DNA of 63,706 nucleotides, the filler included, from Lenisia limosa (Eukaryota > Protista > Breviatea), in the NCBI GenBank assembly GCA_001655205.1. It is 13 parts of 13 records of this genome, joined end to end, with 100 filler letters (N's around TTAATTAATTAA, not from the genome) between each part and the next. Parts side by side here need not be neighbours in the genome. Positions count along the whole stretch, not along the records: positions 36,638 to 40,148 come from LPNZ01006385.1; positions 40,249 to 48,661 come from LPNZ01007988.1; positions 48,762 to 52,610 come from LPNZ01011400.1; 10 more parts are not named here. One strand, given 5' to 3'. A program made the translations under genes and the position numbers. Below the pieces are notes generated by a model. It saw nothing but the letters and a program-made list of their open reading frames with translations, ran no database searches and was not told the DNA's origin. Within the stretch, counting starts at the first letter, position 1. Each line of letters opens with the position of its first letter. Below, piece by piece: positions 37,015 through 49,509 of the stretch.

Positions 37015-40000
37015 GTTCTACCGACGGGACGGCTCGTGTGAGGTTTGCCCGGAGTGGACATTCGGCATTTTCATCGCCCTCATTGCCGTGGTGATGGCCT
37101 CGATTTACCTGGTATGACGGTTGATATAGAGAGATGAAATAAAAAATAAGGTTGTATCTGTTCGAAGCCGTCCACACAATCACGCTTATAAGAGGTATTG
37201 ATTGGATTATACATGTAGTTATTAATTCACCCAATCACTTGCCTTGCAACTCGGTGCACTGCCTTTCAACACTGAACTCACACCAAAGGTCATCAAATTG
37301 GTGGATAGCGGCTTTAACTTTGGAGCTGTGGTCGTGTTCTTCAATTTCTGCCAGGTAGGGGGACTCTAATGTCTTTAAAGTTGGGGAGAGGGTCTTTTCA
37401 AGCGGAAAGGGGTCAATTTTCATCAAGATGATGGACAAACTTCAATTGTGGAAGCAATTGCATTTCAAATTCAATTATTGTAGTAATCATTGAAACCCAA
37501 TATTCCATAACAGTCTATTTCTCACCCCCAGGTTGTTGTTTATTTCTCTCGACTCTCTGAAATTTGGCCTCAGACCCTAGTTGACCTGTTTAACAGCTTT
37601 CAAGTGGGGGAGGGGGGCTATTATAATGGCTTCGGTTTGAAAAAAACGGTAAAATTTCGATGGTTTTCGAGGATTTATCGAGAAATTCAGTCTTTCCATN
37701 NNNNNNNNNNNNNNNNNNNNNNNNNGTTCCAGGATACAGTGAAACCAGGATAAAGAGGGCTAAACCAGGATAAAGTGTTCCTACGCGTGGAGTATCATAT
37801 GCTTGAGGGACTAAACTATGTCGTTAATTCGAATTATTTTTAATTCAATTTTCTGTGACTGTCTCTTTTTCATGTTACGGTCAACTTAACAACAATTTAA
37901 CTCGTACAAAAGGACATGAGGAGAATGCGAGCATAAACAAAAAAAATTGCGCGAGCGTGGCGCTAAAAAAATTAAATTTTCGCGATAAAGTTTGCTGATC
38001 TTACAAAAATAAAAAATTGAAAGGTTATTTTTTCTTCTTCTTTGTTTCCCTTCATAAACAAATAAAGAGTGTATTCCCAGAAATATATTACTGTTTTGAA
38101 GGGGAATAGCTGATTTGGCGATCATAAATAATTAACGACATAAATTCGAAATAACGACATAATTTTGGACCTTGAGCATATGATGTCATAGTATAATATA
38201 TAATTACATACGACAAATTTAAGGCAAACAGAAGAAAGCACTCTTCGCACTATAGTTTATCCTGCAAATGGCGCATTTTATCGTGCCCCCGGGTACTATA
38301 ATATGATACACAATATTTTATTGATGATTGAGTGTTTTGTTATGATAATATGATTAGCTGCTGCTTTTATGGGTTCTCAAGTTTTCAACTTCAATTCCCC
38401 CTTATTTCCGCAGGTTTTCAACTTCAACATCTCAGTATTGGCCCTCCCTTGCTCGTTTGATGTTGGGGGGTTCTGGGGTGACGGTGATGGAAAGCAAACT
38501 CCCTGATGATATTTCAAAAAAAAACATTATCATGTAAAAAAGACCTTCACAATTATAGTTGATATTTACAAAAATATGATACTCCAAAATAGAATAGCTT
38601 CAGAATTATTTGACCTCTTCAGGTGTCGCACTACTCTATGTGGCGGCTCAAGCTGCTCATTCCCTTCATCGCGTTTTTGGCTATCTCCATCTTCATCCTT
38701 GGAGCTTTCGTCTGGAACGTCATTTTGAAGTGCGAGGGGGTCAGTTTTAGGTGAATTTGAACAGACATCCTCCCCATATCTCTCCGACTTTTGGGTTTTG
38801 TTTTGATAAATGTTCAATCGCTCCCCTTACCCGCCCCCTATCTTACCCCCTGCGTTGCTGCAAGAAGCGACTGGCCGTTTGTTGTTACCAACCCTCATGT
38901 GTTNNNNNNNNNNNNNNNNNNNNNNNNNNNNNNNNNNNNNNNNNNNNNNNNNNNNNNNNNNNNNNNNNNNNNNNNNNNNNNNNNNNNNNNNNNNNNNNNN
39001 NNNNNNNNNNNNNNNNNNNNNNNNNNNNNNNNNNNNNNNNNNNNNNNNNNNNNNNNNNNNNNNNNNNNACCTCTCTGGAGACGAAAAACTGTATATCGCA
39101 CAACTGTGGGGATAGGGGAGTCTTTGCCCAACTTATACTCTTCACGTGGATCACCGAAATCCTAAGTGCATGCAGGTGACAACTTACGATATTAGGACAT
39201 TACCCAGGCTGACCACCTTCGCCACCTTTGGGAAATGATGCATCTCATCAAATATGAAAGCCAAAGAGAGGACTCAACTCAGTCAACGGTCGTAGTGGTG
39301 AGAGAGCGGGACAGTAGCGGTATTATTATCTCTTATAAGCGTGATGTGGACGGCTTCGGCCAGATACAACCCTGTTTTTTTTTTCATTGCTATATTAGTT
39401 ATATACATATGTGGGGGGTATGGCCCCAAAATGACCCATCTCATTATTCTTTCTATTGGCATTGTCACTAACGCTGCTATCATTCCTTCATCTTATCACC
39501 TCCACCTGATTCCTTCATCTTTGTAGGATGACACAACCGCACGACTTCTTAGAACAGTCAAGTGGGGGGGGGGGGTGTCACNNNNNNNNNNNNNNNNNNN
39601 NNNNNNNNNNNNNNNNNNNNNNNNNNNNNNNNNNNNNNNNNNNNNNNNNAGAGTACTAACGCCTCAGACAATGCCTCAACATTTTCACGTTCATTCTGGC
39701 GCTTCAGCACTCATATCTCGTCATAACCGCGCTGAACCACTTCAAGGTTTGTTAGCCTATTGTGGGGCTCGGTGCAATTAATTGAAAAAGAATTGCTAAA
39801 TTTCAAGAGCAGCATATTGTGTAAACTCAATTTCAGACAATTTAATTTTAATTTTGTCAACTAATTTCGTCAAAAAATTAATTACAACAGAGTTGGTTTC
39901 AGGCTTTTTGTTTGTTTCATAATTTTCCAATTTTACCCCTCATCACGAGCATTGATTTTCAGTGCGAGGCCCAGCTAGACGGTTCAAGTACTCTGATCGA

Positions 40001-40085
40001 GGACCCTACGGAACAATGCTACAACGATACGTGGTCGGCTAACGTGCCCTTCGCCGTTGTGGCCCTCATCATATACGGCTTCGGT
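37015..40085 (+). CDS. Multi-pass membrane protein with a Cys-rich extracellular segment, partial
   Basis: FYRRDGSCEVCPEWTFGIFIALIAVVMASIYL, VFNFNISVLALPCSF, WRLKLLIPFIAFLAISIFILGAFVW and CEAQLDGSSTLIEDPTEQCYNDTWSANVPFAVVALIIYGF follow the C..dG...L..D....C....W pattern common in protist receptor-like membrane proteins. Confidence 0.7.
39763..39880. mobile_element. MITE family D copy, one end eroded
   Basis: tggggctcggtgcaattaattgaaa ... catattgtgtaaactcaatttcagacaa matches 2057-2189. Confidence 0.65.
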
Positions 40086-40299
40086 GAGGGGTGTTAATAC
40101 GGCTTTAGAAGGGTGTTAATACGGCTTTAGAAGGGTGTTAATACGGCTNNNNNNNNNNNNNNNNNNNNNNNNNNNNNNNNNNNNNNNNNNNNTTAATTAA
40201 TTAANNNNNNNNNNNNNNNNNNNNNNNNNNNNNNNNNNNNNNNNNNNNAAAGGGGGAAGTGGCTTTACAAAAAAATAGATTTTCAGATGATGTGACAGC

Positions 40300-43090
40300 T
40301 GCAGCAAACTTTTGACGAGAGAGTGGACTGAGCCCCAGGCGGCTCTGTACGGCGCAGGGCGCACAACATCATTGGTGACGGGTGGGGTGAAGGGCAGGGC
40401 CTTGGCGGCGGCAACGCGGGCTGCAGACTCCAGCATCGCCTGTGGAATGAGTGCAAGGATTGATGGCGAAATGGGAAAAAATTAGGAGTGGAGATGGGAG
40501 AGATTGAGAAAAAGAAACGCATTTCATTGGCTCTTGAAAATGTTGGGCGCAATCTTTAATCACTAAATACAATTACCACGATGCATGAGGAACATACCTT
40601 GTTATCGGGGTCATGTGAGTTCGTAATGGTGGCCAGAACAGCCCCATCAGTGAGTCGTGTAATAACCTGGAATGTCAACGCTAATTCCAACCAACGTGGC
40701 AAAGGTGAATACATGAGTAATAATGCAAGATCTATGATAGACTGTTATTGTACTTAATCACTTCAATCACTGCTCTTCTCCATCTCTTGCAACTTTCAAT
40801 TGGCTTGGGGAGAAAACAGGGACGCTTACCAGGGCTCTGGCCATATCCGTTGAGATGACAGGACCGCTTCCTCCAGCAGTGACCTATATCATGACGTCAT
40901 GCACATACAATATATTCTATGTATAAAAGAGCCTCAATATAGACTTCACAACGAAACAAGATGGACTTAATAGAGTGATGATACAGGATGATAAGGCGAT
41001 ATTACAGGTATAAATGGGCTTAATTTCACAAGACGAACCCCACCTCTCGAGCCAATACGACCGGGCGTTTTGATGTGTATACAGCAAACAGAGCACAGAG
41101 AGCAACCAACGCAAGACAGCAGGCGTAGCCGATCAAGGAAGGTGCCCACAACCCATCATCAGTGAGGATCAGAACTGTGAGTCAGCCGAGACATATGAAA
41201 TGGACATCAATAAATGGATAGGAGTACACGGATATGATCGAAGGTTGTGTGAGCAAGATATAATGGTATCAAATAGAGGTTTGATTGCACCCCTCCCCTC
41301 CCCACTCAGTATCCCAACGATCATGCAGGCGGCAATTGTCAAGGCAACCACAGCGTAAAGTGTACGGTAAAGTGGGGCCCTGCGTAATAAGAGCCGAGAA
41401 ATGGACCAGAGAAGTATTGTCTCCCTCCCCTACTGAAGTAAATCGACACCTCTTCCGAAGATCATTCCACGCCTGACCTAGAAAATATTAACACTGGTCC
41501 AAATAAAGAGATCATCAAACGTCGTCCCTTACCTTATCCACCAGGGAGTTGCCGGAGACTGTCAGTTTTCGACCGGTTAATACGGTCCAAAGAACGACGT
41601 AGTGTAACAAAAGGGACAAGCCAACACCTATCCTCGTCAAATGGTTGGGTGAATTAATATTATACTANNNNNNNNNNNNNNNNNNNNNNNNNNNNNNNNN
41701 NNNNNNNNNNNNNNNNNNNNNNNNNNNNNNNNNNNNNNNNNNNNNNNNNNNNNNNNNNNNATGATATATTAGATATGTCAAATCCACAAACCTGTCATGA
41801 CAGCAATAGCACCGGCAACTGATACCTAAGATGTCAAAATGGCCATTTGGTCTGTTCCCACCACAACAATCTGCTATTTTTCAACACCCTCCATCTTACA
41901 TCAAGTGTATGGACGAGGGTGACATAGAGAGCCACCATGGACGCAATTCCAATAATGACCATCAGTACAAAGACAAGAAGTCCGATGACTTTCCGAGCCT
42001 TTCCAGAATAGGATGCCACGGCTCCTCTCTGTTGGGTTAAAGGATATTGCGTCATACTATTTCCAGATTACGTTGAATCAAAGAATAAAGCTCCACTAAG
42101 ACGGTTGAAACTCACCGCTTGAGCCACATCACTACGCTCAATGATAATGTGTCTTGTTGGCGTGAACAGCAGGAATGGCGTCTAATCAAAGTCAAAATGT
42201 TGAAATGAAATACACCACTCCAACCAATCAAAGTAATACCAGCTTCCCTTATTTCATTATCCCCACCATTATGATGGAAGAGCCGGCCCAGACAACAGCC
42301 ACTCTCATGACACTCTCAAGTTGATTGGCGTCTGTCACCTCCAATCCGATGGCAACGGAGCTGCAGAATTAATCAAAGACCATTTTCATTGGAATATAAC
42401 AATAAAATAATAAGATGATATAAATCAAGGCACCCAGCCACCTTAGTCCGAAGAGTAGACACGCGGCCATAGTGGACATTGCGAACATCTTCGGAGCAGC
42501 ATGGGAGAATGCGAAGACAACACTGACATAGCCCTTGGCAACAACTATCAACGCTGAAAGAGCCTAACTTGTTAGGGGTTTCGTGGCAATCAACACATAC
42601 ATGGCTGACAGAATGACAAGGGGAAAACAAAAGGTAAAACTGAATTTCAAGGGATATGGCGACAAATCAGAGGCTTAAGACTTCCATGCTTGTAAAAATC
42701 CACAACAAAAAACAGAATAGAAAAAATACTTGATGATCCCAATCCAACGTACCACAATGACAGAGAGGATATCCAGGTTCTGCAAAAAGAAGGTATGTTG
42801 TTAGAATAACTTAAATAAATGAATTCAAACCGTCAGAAGCCAAGAAGGGAGTCCCATATCCGCTGGTCAAGGGAAATTTCACCGCAAGAGCTATTCTCCT
42901 ATGAACTCTCACTATAACAAAATTATCCTAAAAATACACAACAATACACACTCAAACTATTCCTTAATTTCTTCCTGATCTTTCCCAAAACCCCAAAACA
43001 AATATTATTTTTGGAAAAGTACGGCCGCATGGACTGCCCGATTGAGCATCGGACACCCAAAACCGCGAGCGGTTTTGTGAAGATTCTTAG
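40300..43090 (-). CDS. Multi-pass membrane region, possibly a TRP-like channel domain
   Basis: Exons NLDILSVIV, ALIVVAKGYVSVVFAF...MAACLLFGLRWL, GKARKVIGLLVFVLMVIIGIASMVALY, RGMIFGRGVDL and WAPSLIGYACCLALVALCALFAVY. The channel assignment is inference. Confidence 0.45.
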
Positions 43091-44235
43091 GTGNNNNNNN
43101 NNNNNNNNNNNNNNNNNNNNNNNNNNNNNNNNNNNNNNNNNNNNNNNNNNNNNNNNATCGATATATATTATATAAATTTTTTTTCTGCTCCATTGATTGG
43201 TTGCGTTAGTGAAGTGATGAAGAGTGATCAGTAACACTTTATCCATGGAAGTACCAGCCCTGATCATTATTACCTCCATGCTTTATCCATCCATCCATCC
43301 GCAGGACTGTTATTTGGGGGGGGGGGGGGNNNNNNNNNNNNNNNNNNNNNNNNNNNNNNNNNNNNNNNNNNNNNNNNNNNNNNNNNNNNNNNNNNNNNNN
43401 NNNNNNNNNNNNNNNNNNNNNNNNNNNNNNNNNNNNNNNNNNNNNNNNNNNNNNNNNNNNNNNNNNNNNNNNNNNNNNNNNNNNNNNNNNNNNNNNNNNN
43501 NNNNNNNNNNNNNNNNNNNNNNNNNNNNNNNNNNNNNNNNNNNNNNNNNNNNNNNNNNNNNNNNNNNNNNNNNNNNNNNNNNNNNNNNNNNNNNNNNNNN
43601 NNNNNCTTTAAATAAACACACGAACCCAAAACAACAAAACCCTCTAATCTGTCGGCTGTCTCTTGTCCCTGGAGCCTCTTGAGTACCAGCGGTTTCCCCT
43701 CTGAGGCGAAATGACCGAAGGAGCCATGAGGGCGCGGTAACGAGTGTGCGGGCGGTGACCGTGGGATATCATAAGAGAAGCGTTTCTCAGGGCCTGGGGG
43801 GGGGGTGAGATGCATCGTTACTATTTCCCATTTATGATTGTCAGTTCAACCAGTCCAAACCTTGTTAAGACCCTGTGCCGCCTGATAGTGTCTTTCCGGA
43901 GTCCATTCGTCACCAGGAGCACTGGAATTAGTCACAAGGGTTATAATAACTACTAGCTCAACCAGGCACAATAAACCCAGCCAACTCAAGGAAAACGGGA
44001 ACATCTGACGGGGCTATAGCAAAGTTGTCCGCTGAAGGATGAGAAAGAGATTACAAGAAAGATCGAGTACACAATACACATTATGGAGAGTTGAGGGACG
44101 TAATGATTCCCACCCACCAGGATGGCCCTGGATGTTGACGAGTTCATTTACATCTAAAGGCGAGTCTTCAGAGTTCTCATACTGCAACGGCGACTCGTCT
44201 TCCTTCATCAGTTAGTCGTATTTGGTAGGTTATGG

Positions 44236-44311
44236 TAGGGCTTCACAAGAAAAAAAAGACTGCATTTCTTGATTATCGATACTTGTTCTTTCAGACCGTA
44301 GGAAAGCTCCA
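44236..44311. mobile_element. MITE family A copy, internally deleted
   Basis: tagggcttcac ... aaagactgcatttc ... cagaccgtaggaaagctcca. Confidence 0.65.
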
Positions 44312-45639
44312 GTTATTGTGTTTGTTAAGTTGTCGTGTTGGTATCCTTGGTGCATGTGCGTGGAAGGGTTGTTTTTAGTTGCAAAGGGATGATATGAAAG
44401 AACTCTCTTCTTACGAAACCCGAAACACACTGTATAATAATACAACATAGCCCCCACTCACTACTGCATTGGCGGTTTGTGGTTGAGGTTGGGGTTGCTC
44501 CACATAAAAAGACCTATTGCTATGATAGTCAGAGAAATGCTGTGTTCATGCGAGGAAACAAAACAGAAAATTTCCGCTGAGCATACAGAGGATCTTCCGC
44601 ACTACTAAACTGTTGCGAGGGGAGGGCTGAAATGTTAGGATATTCACGGAAATGGGAAGTGCCCGGACCATGAGATATCGAGCACAATGTAAAAGTGGAA
44701 ATGAGAAGAAAAAAAAAAGGTGGTTTCCGAATGAATCTCTTCACTACGTACCGGCTGGACCAAGTGAACCAGGGGTACAAGGTGTACGGGGTGGGATTTT
44801 CCCTAAGATGGTAAACTGGGGCAATAGAATGTGACAGATATCGAGCTTTACTTGCAAATTCTCAACAAAAATATGATTAAAACATTTTGCCTGTTTGACA
44901 CCGAAAGGAAACCCAAGAATCTGAAAGAAGGATTTCAAGCTCACCGATAATGGACTTGGCAGCACCCGGGTGCAAAGGGGTGCTTGGGTGCAGTAATGGG
45001 ACCGCTTCAATTCTCCCTACTCCTATAGAGTTAGTGAAAATGCCATAATTCTCCAATCCCATCAACAAGAATACTCAATATTTGGTATTCCTGTTGTTAA
45101 ATGCAAACTATGTCCCTCCCACCTGACTCGTCGATATTATGGCGATAACTGCCGACATTCGTCTTTTTATCAGGACATGAAGGCCACCATGAAAGCCCAG
45201 GAGACAAGGCAGCCACCACTGTAGCGGGCAGTTTCAACAGAAATCGGAATGGGGATAATAAGCTGAACTGAAGCCGTAAATACTACATTAACGGGGAGGA
45301 GACGGGTGTAGAATTTGTNNNNNNNNNNNNNNNNNNNNNNNNNNNNNNNNNNNNNNNNNNNNNNNNNNNNNNNNNNNNNNNNNNNNNNNNNNNNNNNNNN
45401 NNNNNNNNNNNNNNNNNNNNNNNNNNNNNNNNNNNNNNNNNNNNNNNNNNNNNNNNNNNNNNNNNNNNNNNNNNNNNNAACTGTATGTCACTCTAAGTTA
45501 TAGTAATAAGGGAGAATTATCCAACCTTTGAGGACGGTTTGTGGCATGAGGTTTGTGACTAGAGATTAAGACAAGTAAAAGAAAGCTGTCAAAAGCAACA
45601 GCAAAGCAGCTAAGAAAAAACGACCAGTGACCTACCATT

Positions 45640-46660
45640 TGTTGAAGCTCATGTGCAAGGGCATGCTGCCCTGAAAATGACGCCATTTCACATGCATCCC
45701 ATGACACCTGTGGTTGGTATGAATAAACAAAATGAAAAAAGAAAAAAAAAGAGGGGAGGGGGGGGGGGGNNNNNNNNNNNNNNNNNNNNNNNNNNNNNNN
45801 NNNNNNNNNNNNNNNNNNNNNNNNNNNNNNNNNNNNNNNNNNNNNNNNNNNNNNNNNNNNNNNNNNNTTGGCCGTTGAGAATTGCCATATGCAAAGGGGA
45901 TAGCCCATCCTGCGGGATGTTACAATTGGGTGAGAAAAAATGGATCATTATCACGTACTATATGAACCAGTATTAAACTGTACATTGACAAATAAACAAA
46001 TATTAGTTTTGAGAAAAAATATGGTGAATCGCAAAAAGATGAACTATTTGAATGTTCAGCAAGAGGCCAATGGTTCACCTTTGACAGTGCTTCTATATCA
46101 GCGTTGGCTAATAAAAGGTGTTCAATCGCCTCTAAGTGCCCGCTTGTGCATGCAAGGTGAAGGGGAGTCTCCCCCGTCTGGAAGGTTATTGACACAAATA
46201 ACATATTGCGATGCGGATGAGTACACATCAAATGAGCTGTGCTAATGACTTGCATCTTGGGTTTCACTTTGGTTCTAAAAAAAGACGGAATTTCTCGATA
46301 AATCCTCGAAAACTATCGATATTTTACCGGACTTTTCCGAACCGAAGTGAGAATGTGAAAGCCCTCCAGCCACATAATTCTCCTAGTTTCGTGAGCCCTA
46401 CTTGCATCTCTCACCTCAGTCTTAACGTGGACATCAGAGTTCATTTCAAGGAGGCGCGGAACAATTCCCATGATAGGCATACTGCACGCAATATGAAGAG
46501 GCGTTCGACCAGACTGTGCAATTAGTAAACAAAGTGAACTGATGTCTATTGTAGTACAAACATGAAGCCATTTCTAGGCATACAGCATTCTGAGAAGAGA
46601 CGGAAGCATCATGTTGCAACAGCAGCATCACAGAGTCCACGTCACCCTGGGCTATCATTC
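45640..46660 (-). CDS. Ankyrin-repeat exons
   Basis: GDVDSVMLLLQHDASVSSQNA, YGQTPLHIACSMPIMGIVPRLL, GETPLHLACTSGHLEAIEHLLLANADIEALSK and DGLSPLHMAILNG show the canonical G.TPLH.A...G motif. Confidence 0.85.
46258..46351. mobile_element. MITE family A copy
   Basis: tgggtttcactttggttct ... gaatttctcgataaatcctcgaaaactatcgata ... ccgaaccgaagtga. Further fragments lie at ~1211, ~2800, ~16030, ~18065, ~19565-19635, ~36860 and ~37628. Confidence 0.75.
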
Positions 46661-46720
46661 AAGCTGGTCCCATATGACGGATGAAGGAAAAACGATGATT
46701 CATCCCATGAAAATGTTAAC

Positions 46721-46858
46721 CCATATCCACTAGTTATACGATCATATGACCGACTTTCGAGTCGAAATGATGACTGAAGATAACACGAGAGAGTTCATTC
46801 CGAGTGTATCAGTGTATCATTGAGACTTGTCGGTCAATTATCATACCAGTGGATATGA
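46721..46858. mobile_element. MITE-like family F (~130 bp)
   Basis: Ends ccatatccact / agtggatatga. Internal blocks catatgaccgactttcgag and gtatcattgagacttgtcg are shared in reverse with 57173-57292. Confidence 0.65.
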
Positions 46859-47249
46859 GGTATCATATCACTGCGTGGAAAATGATAGTTCACACGTGTG
46901 AAAATGACCCAAAAAGTGACATGATAGCTCATGATGAAAATGTCTCAAAAAATGTAGAATTCCACTCCTTCGATTTTGAAATAGAAAAGTAAAAAAAAAC
47001 TGAGCAGGAATTCTGAAAGAATACTAGTGTAGATCATCTGGTTTGATTTCTCCTTCTACTATAGAATTCCCCCACAAACCTGCAACACCGCAAAGTGAAG
47101 CGCCGAATCTCCGAACTAAAGAGGTTGATGGGGTGCATGGCAAAATCAAAAATAAAAATAAAAACAAAAATCACAAAACTAGTTCCCCCTGGAATCACAA
47201 ATCACATAAGTTGACGCACCTCATTCTGAAGACTAACCAAATGCGGTTT

Positions 47250-48661
47250 CAGCCTCAAAAGAGCCTCGATAGCCTGAATGTTTTTGGAGCTGACTGCCTT
47301 GAAAAGCTCAAGGTGCCAATCCTAAGTCATTACAAACGGTTACATCACACAACTTCGGTTTTTGAGGGAAAATGCGAATATCAATAATACAAAGAGATTA
47401 TTAATTTTATTCATGATTCCAAACAACACATTCATGAAGAGAGAAAGACCGTTTGCAATCATCGATAAAAAGTATAATGAGGTTCATTTCCCCTTCTTTA
47501 ACGTTCCCAATTACCTCATTTATCATGGTGGTGGACGAGGAGCAGCTATCACGACGTTTAGAGAAAGAGTTGGGACGAGCACAGATGTGAAATCGTGATA
47601 TCGGTATCTATTTTTTTACCACAATAACGAGAAAAAAACGAGCTTTTGGTGGGGTGGGGGTTCTTCACAACAAAGCAAGATAATGTGTAACTAATACAAC
47701 TAATATTAGTATAAATGACGAAAACCTTAAAGCATCAAGCCCAGATCAAGCCAAAGCCCCAAAACCTTTGAGAAAATTATTTATTTTCTTATATTATTCT
47801 AATATTATTCTAAATTAGCCCTGTCAGTAAGGGAGATTGCAATCGGTTACTCATCACAACATCCCGTCATCTTATTCTCAGCTGTCATTGATAGTACGGT
47901 TTAAATTTTGTCAAAAATATTGGTAAATAGAAGAGAAGCCTGCCTCCGTCTGTTGACCTTGTGATCTCTGTTGAGGTGAGTTGGCTTGTTCCTTTTATAC
48001 ATATTTGCCCCTCACATTGTTTCTTTAAAATCCTCCAATAATTTATTAAATGGATAAACAGCCGATCACGTTAAGGGAATAACCCTGTCCATATTCTATA
48101 ACCTGCCAAGAGAATGTCGAGCACGGGGGCACGTAAAAAGAGCAAAGTCCTTTTGGCTGAAGCGGAAAGGGAGGTCCACTTCACGCAGTATCACCACGCC
48201 AAGAGCGCCGCACAATATGCTATAAAGAAGCAGGCGTATAATGGCAAGAGCCTCTTACTCAATACCTCAGGTTTCGGGGACTAATATTGATGAATCCCTG
48301 CACTTCTTCCTTCTTGCTGAAATTTGCAAGAGTTTTATTTTTGGACACTCTCTTTCAGTATTTCTTATGTCACCGTGTTGGTGTTGAACATTTCAGCCAC
48401 TGTAATAATTAAATAAAATATGTTTATCTAAAAAAGGTTGTATCTGGGATAAAACGACTAATAACAACACAACACTCATTTCTGACCCATGGCAGCTGTG
48501 GACAAATCGAAGCAGTACAAGCCCTCCACGGTGACCTCAGCTAATGACGTCATCATTCCGGATGATCTCCAGGCCCGCCTCTTGGCTCAAACCGGGGTGG
48601 ACGGAAGGCCCCCTTTGAGGGTGTGCTGGTAATCCATTCCCAGGGGATAGCATGTCATCAT
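47250..48661 (+). CDS. Hypothetical protein, probable exons
   Basis: Probable exons PQKSLDSLNVFGADCLEKLK, VVDEEQLSRRLEKELGRAQ, KRSLPPSVDLVISVE and VDKSKQYKPSTVTSANDVIIPDDLQARLLAQTG, most with canonical flanks. Confidence 0.45.
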
Positions 48662-48761
48662 NNNNNNNNNNNNNNNNNNNNNNNNNNNNNNNNNNNNNNN
48701 NNNNNTTAATTAATTAANNNNNNNNNNNNNNNNNNNNNNNNNNNNNNNNNNNNNNNNNNNN

Positions 48762-49005
48762 CTCCACGCAGCTTGATGATATTGTGAGGGGAGAGGGATT
48801 TTCACATACTGTTAGCTACATAGGGAATATGTATGGTTCCTGACATTTGCAGAAGGAGACCCTTCCCCCCGTCTTCAAGGCCCACTACATTATCAGAATC
48901 TTGTAATCGTGTTAGTTTGTTTTTTCTTTTCTTTTTCTTCGGTCCATGTAGCTAACAGTATGTGAAAATCCCTCTCCCCTCACAATATCATCAAGCTGCG
49001 TGGAG
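48762..49005. repeat. Perfect 60-bp inverted repeat forming both ends of a 244-bp contig
   Basis: 48762-48821 is the exact reverse complement of 48946-49005, with a 124-nt spacer. Confidence 0.9.
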
Positions 49006-49509
49006 NNNNNNNNNNNNNNNNNNNNNNNNNNNNNNNNNNNNNNNNNNNNNNNNNNNNNNNNNNNNNNNNNNNNNNNNATGAAAGTTTTGGATGATCACAT
49101 GTCTGACTTATAAGAGTGATGATGTGGACTTCGACCAGATACAACCTTATTTTTGCATTCTCATTGCTATATACCATGGCAATACCAATAAAAAAACAGA
49201 AAAATCCTTCGACAACAAAGTCCATGAATTCATCTAGTAGATGTTGAGAGAGAAAATAGAGGAAACAAAATAAATACTAGCCGTGAAGGGCCTTAGACAA
49301 CAGGTTTTTCATGGACTTCAGCTCCGAGGATGTGGATTGAAGCTCAGATTCCAATTTCGATACTGGTAAAATCAGAAAGAAAAAGGTGAATAGAGATTTG
49401 TTACAAACCGTGAAGCTATTGCTTAATAGAGTTTGATGGAGAGTAAATGATCCATATTTATTTTGAGTGTGGTATGATGGTGAGTATCCCCCCTCTCTAA
49501 ACCAAATTC

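Noticed and set aside
41100-41120. Exonisation of family B (shared agagcaaccaacgc) in a membrane-protein exon
   Set aside because: Only a 14-bp match with no flanking similarity; compatible with chance.
44940-45030. DHHC palmitoyltransferase (Akr1-like) after the ankyrin repeats, from frame KRSHYCTQAPLC
   Set aside because: No DHHC tetrapeptide or the expected Cys spacing was found, and the frame is ambiguous.
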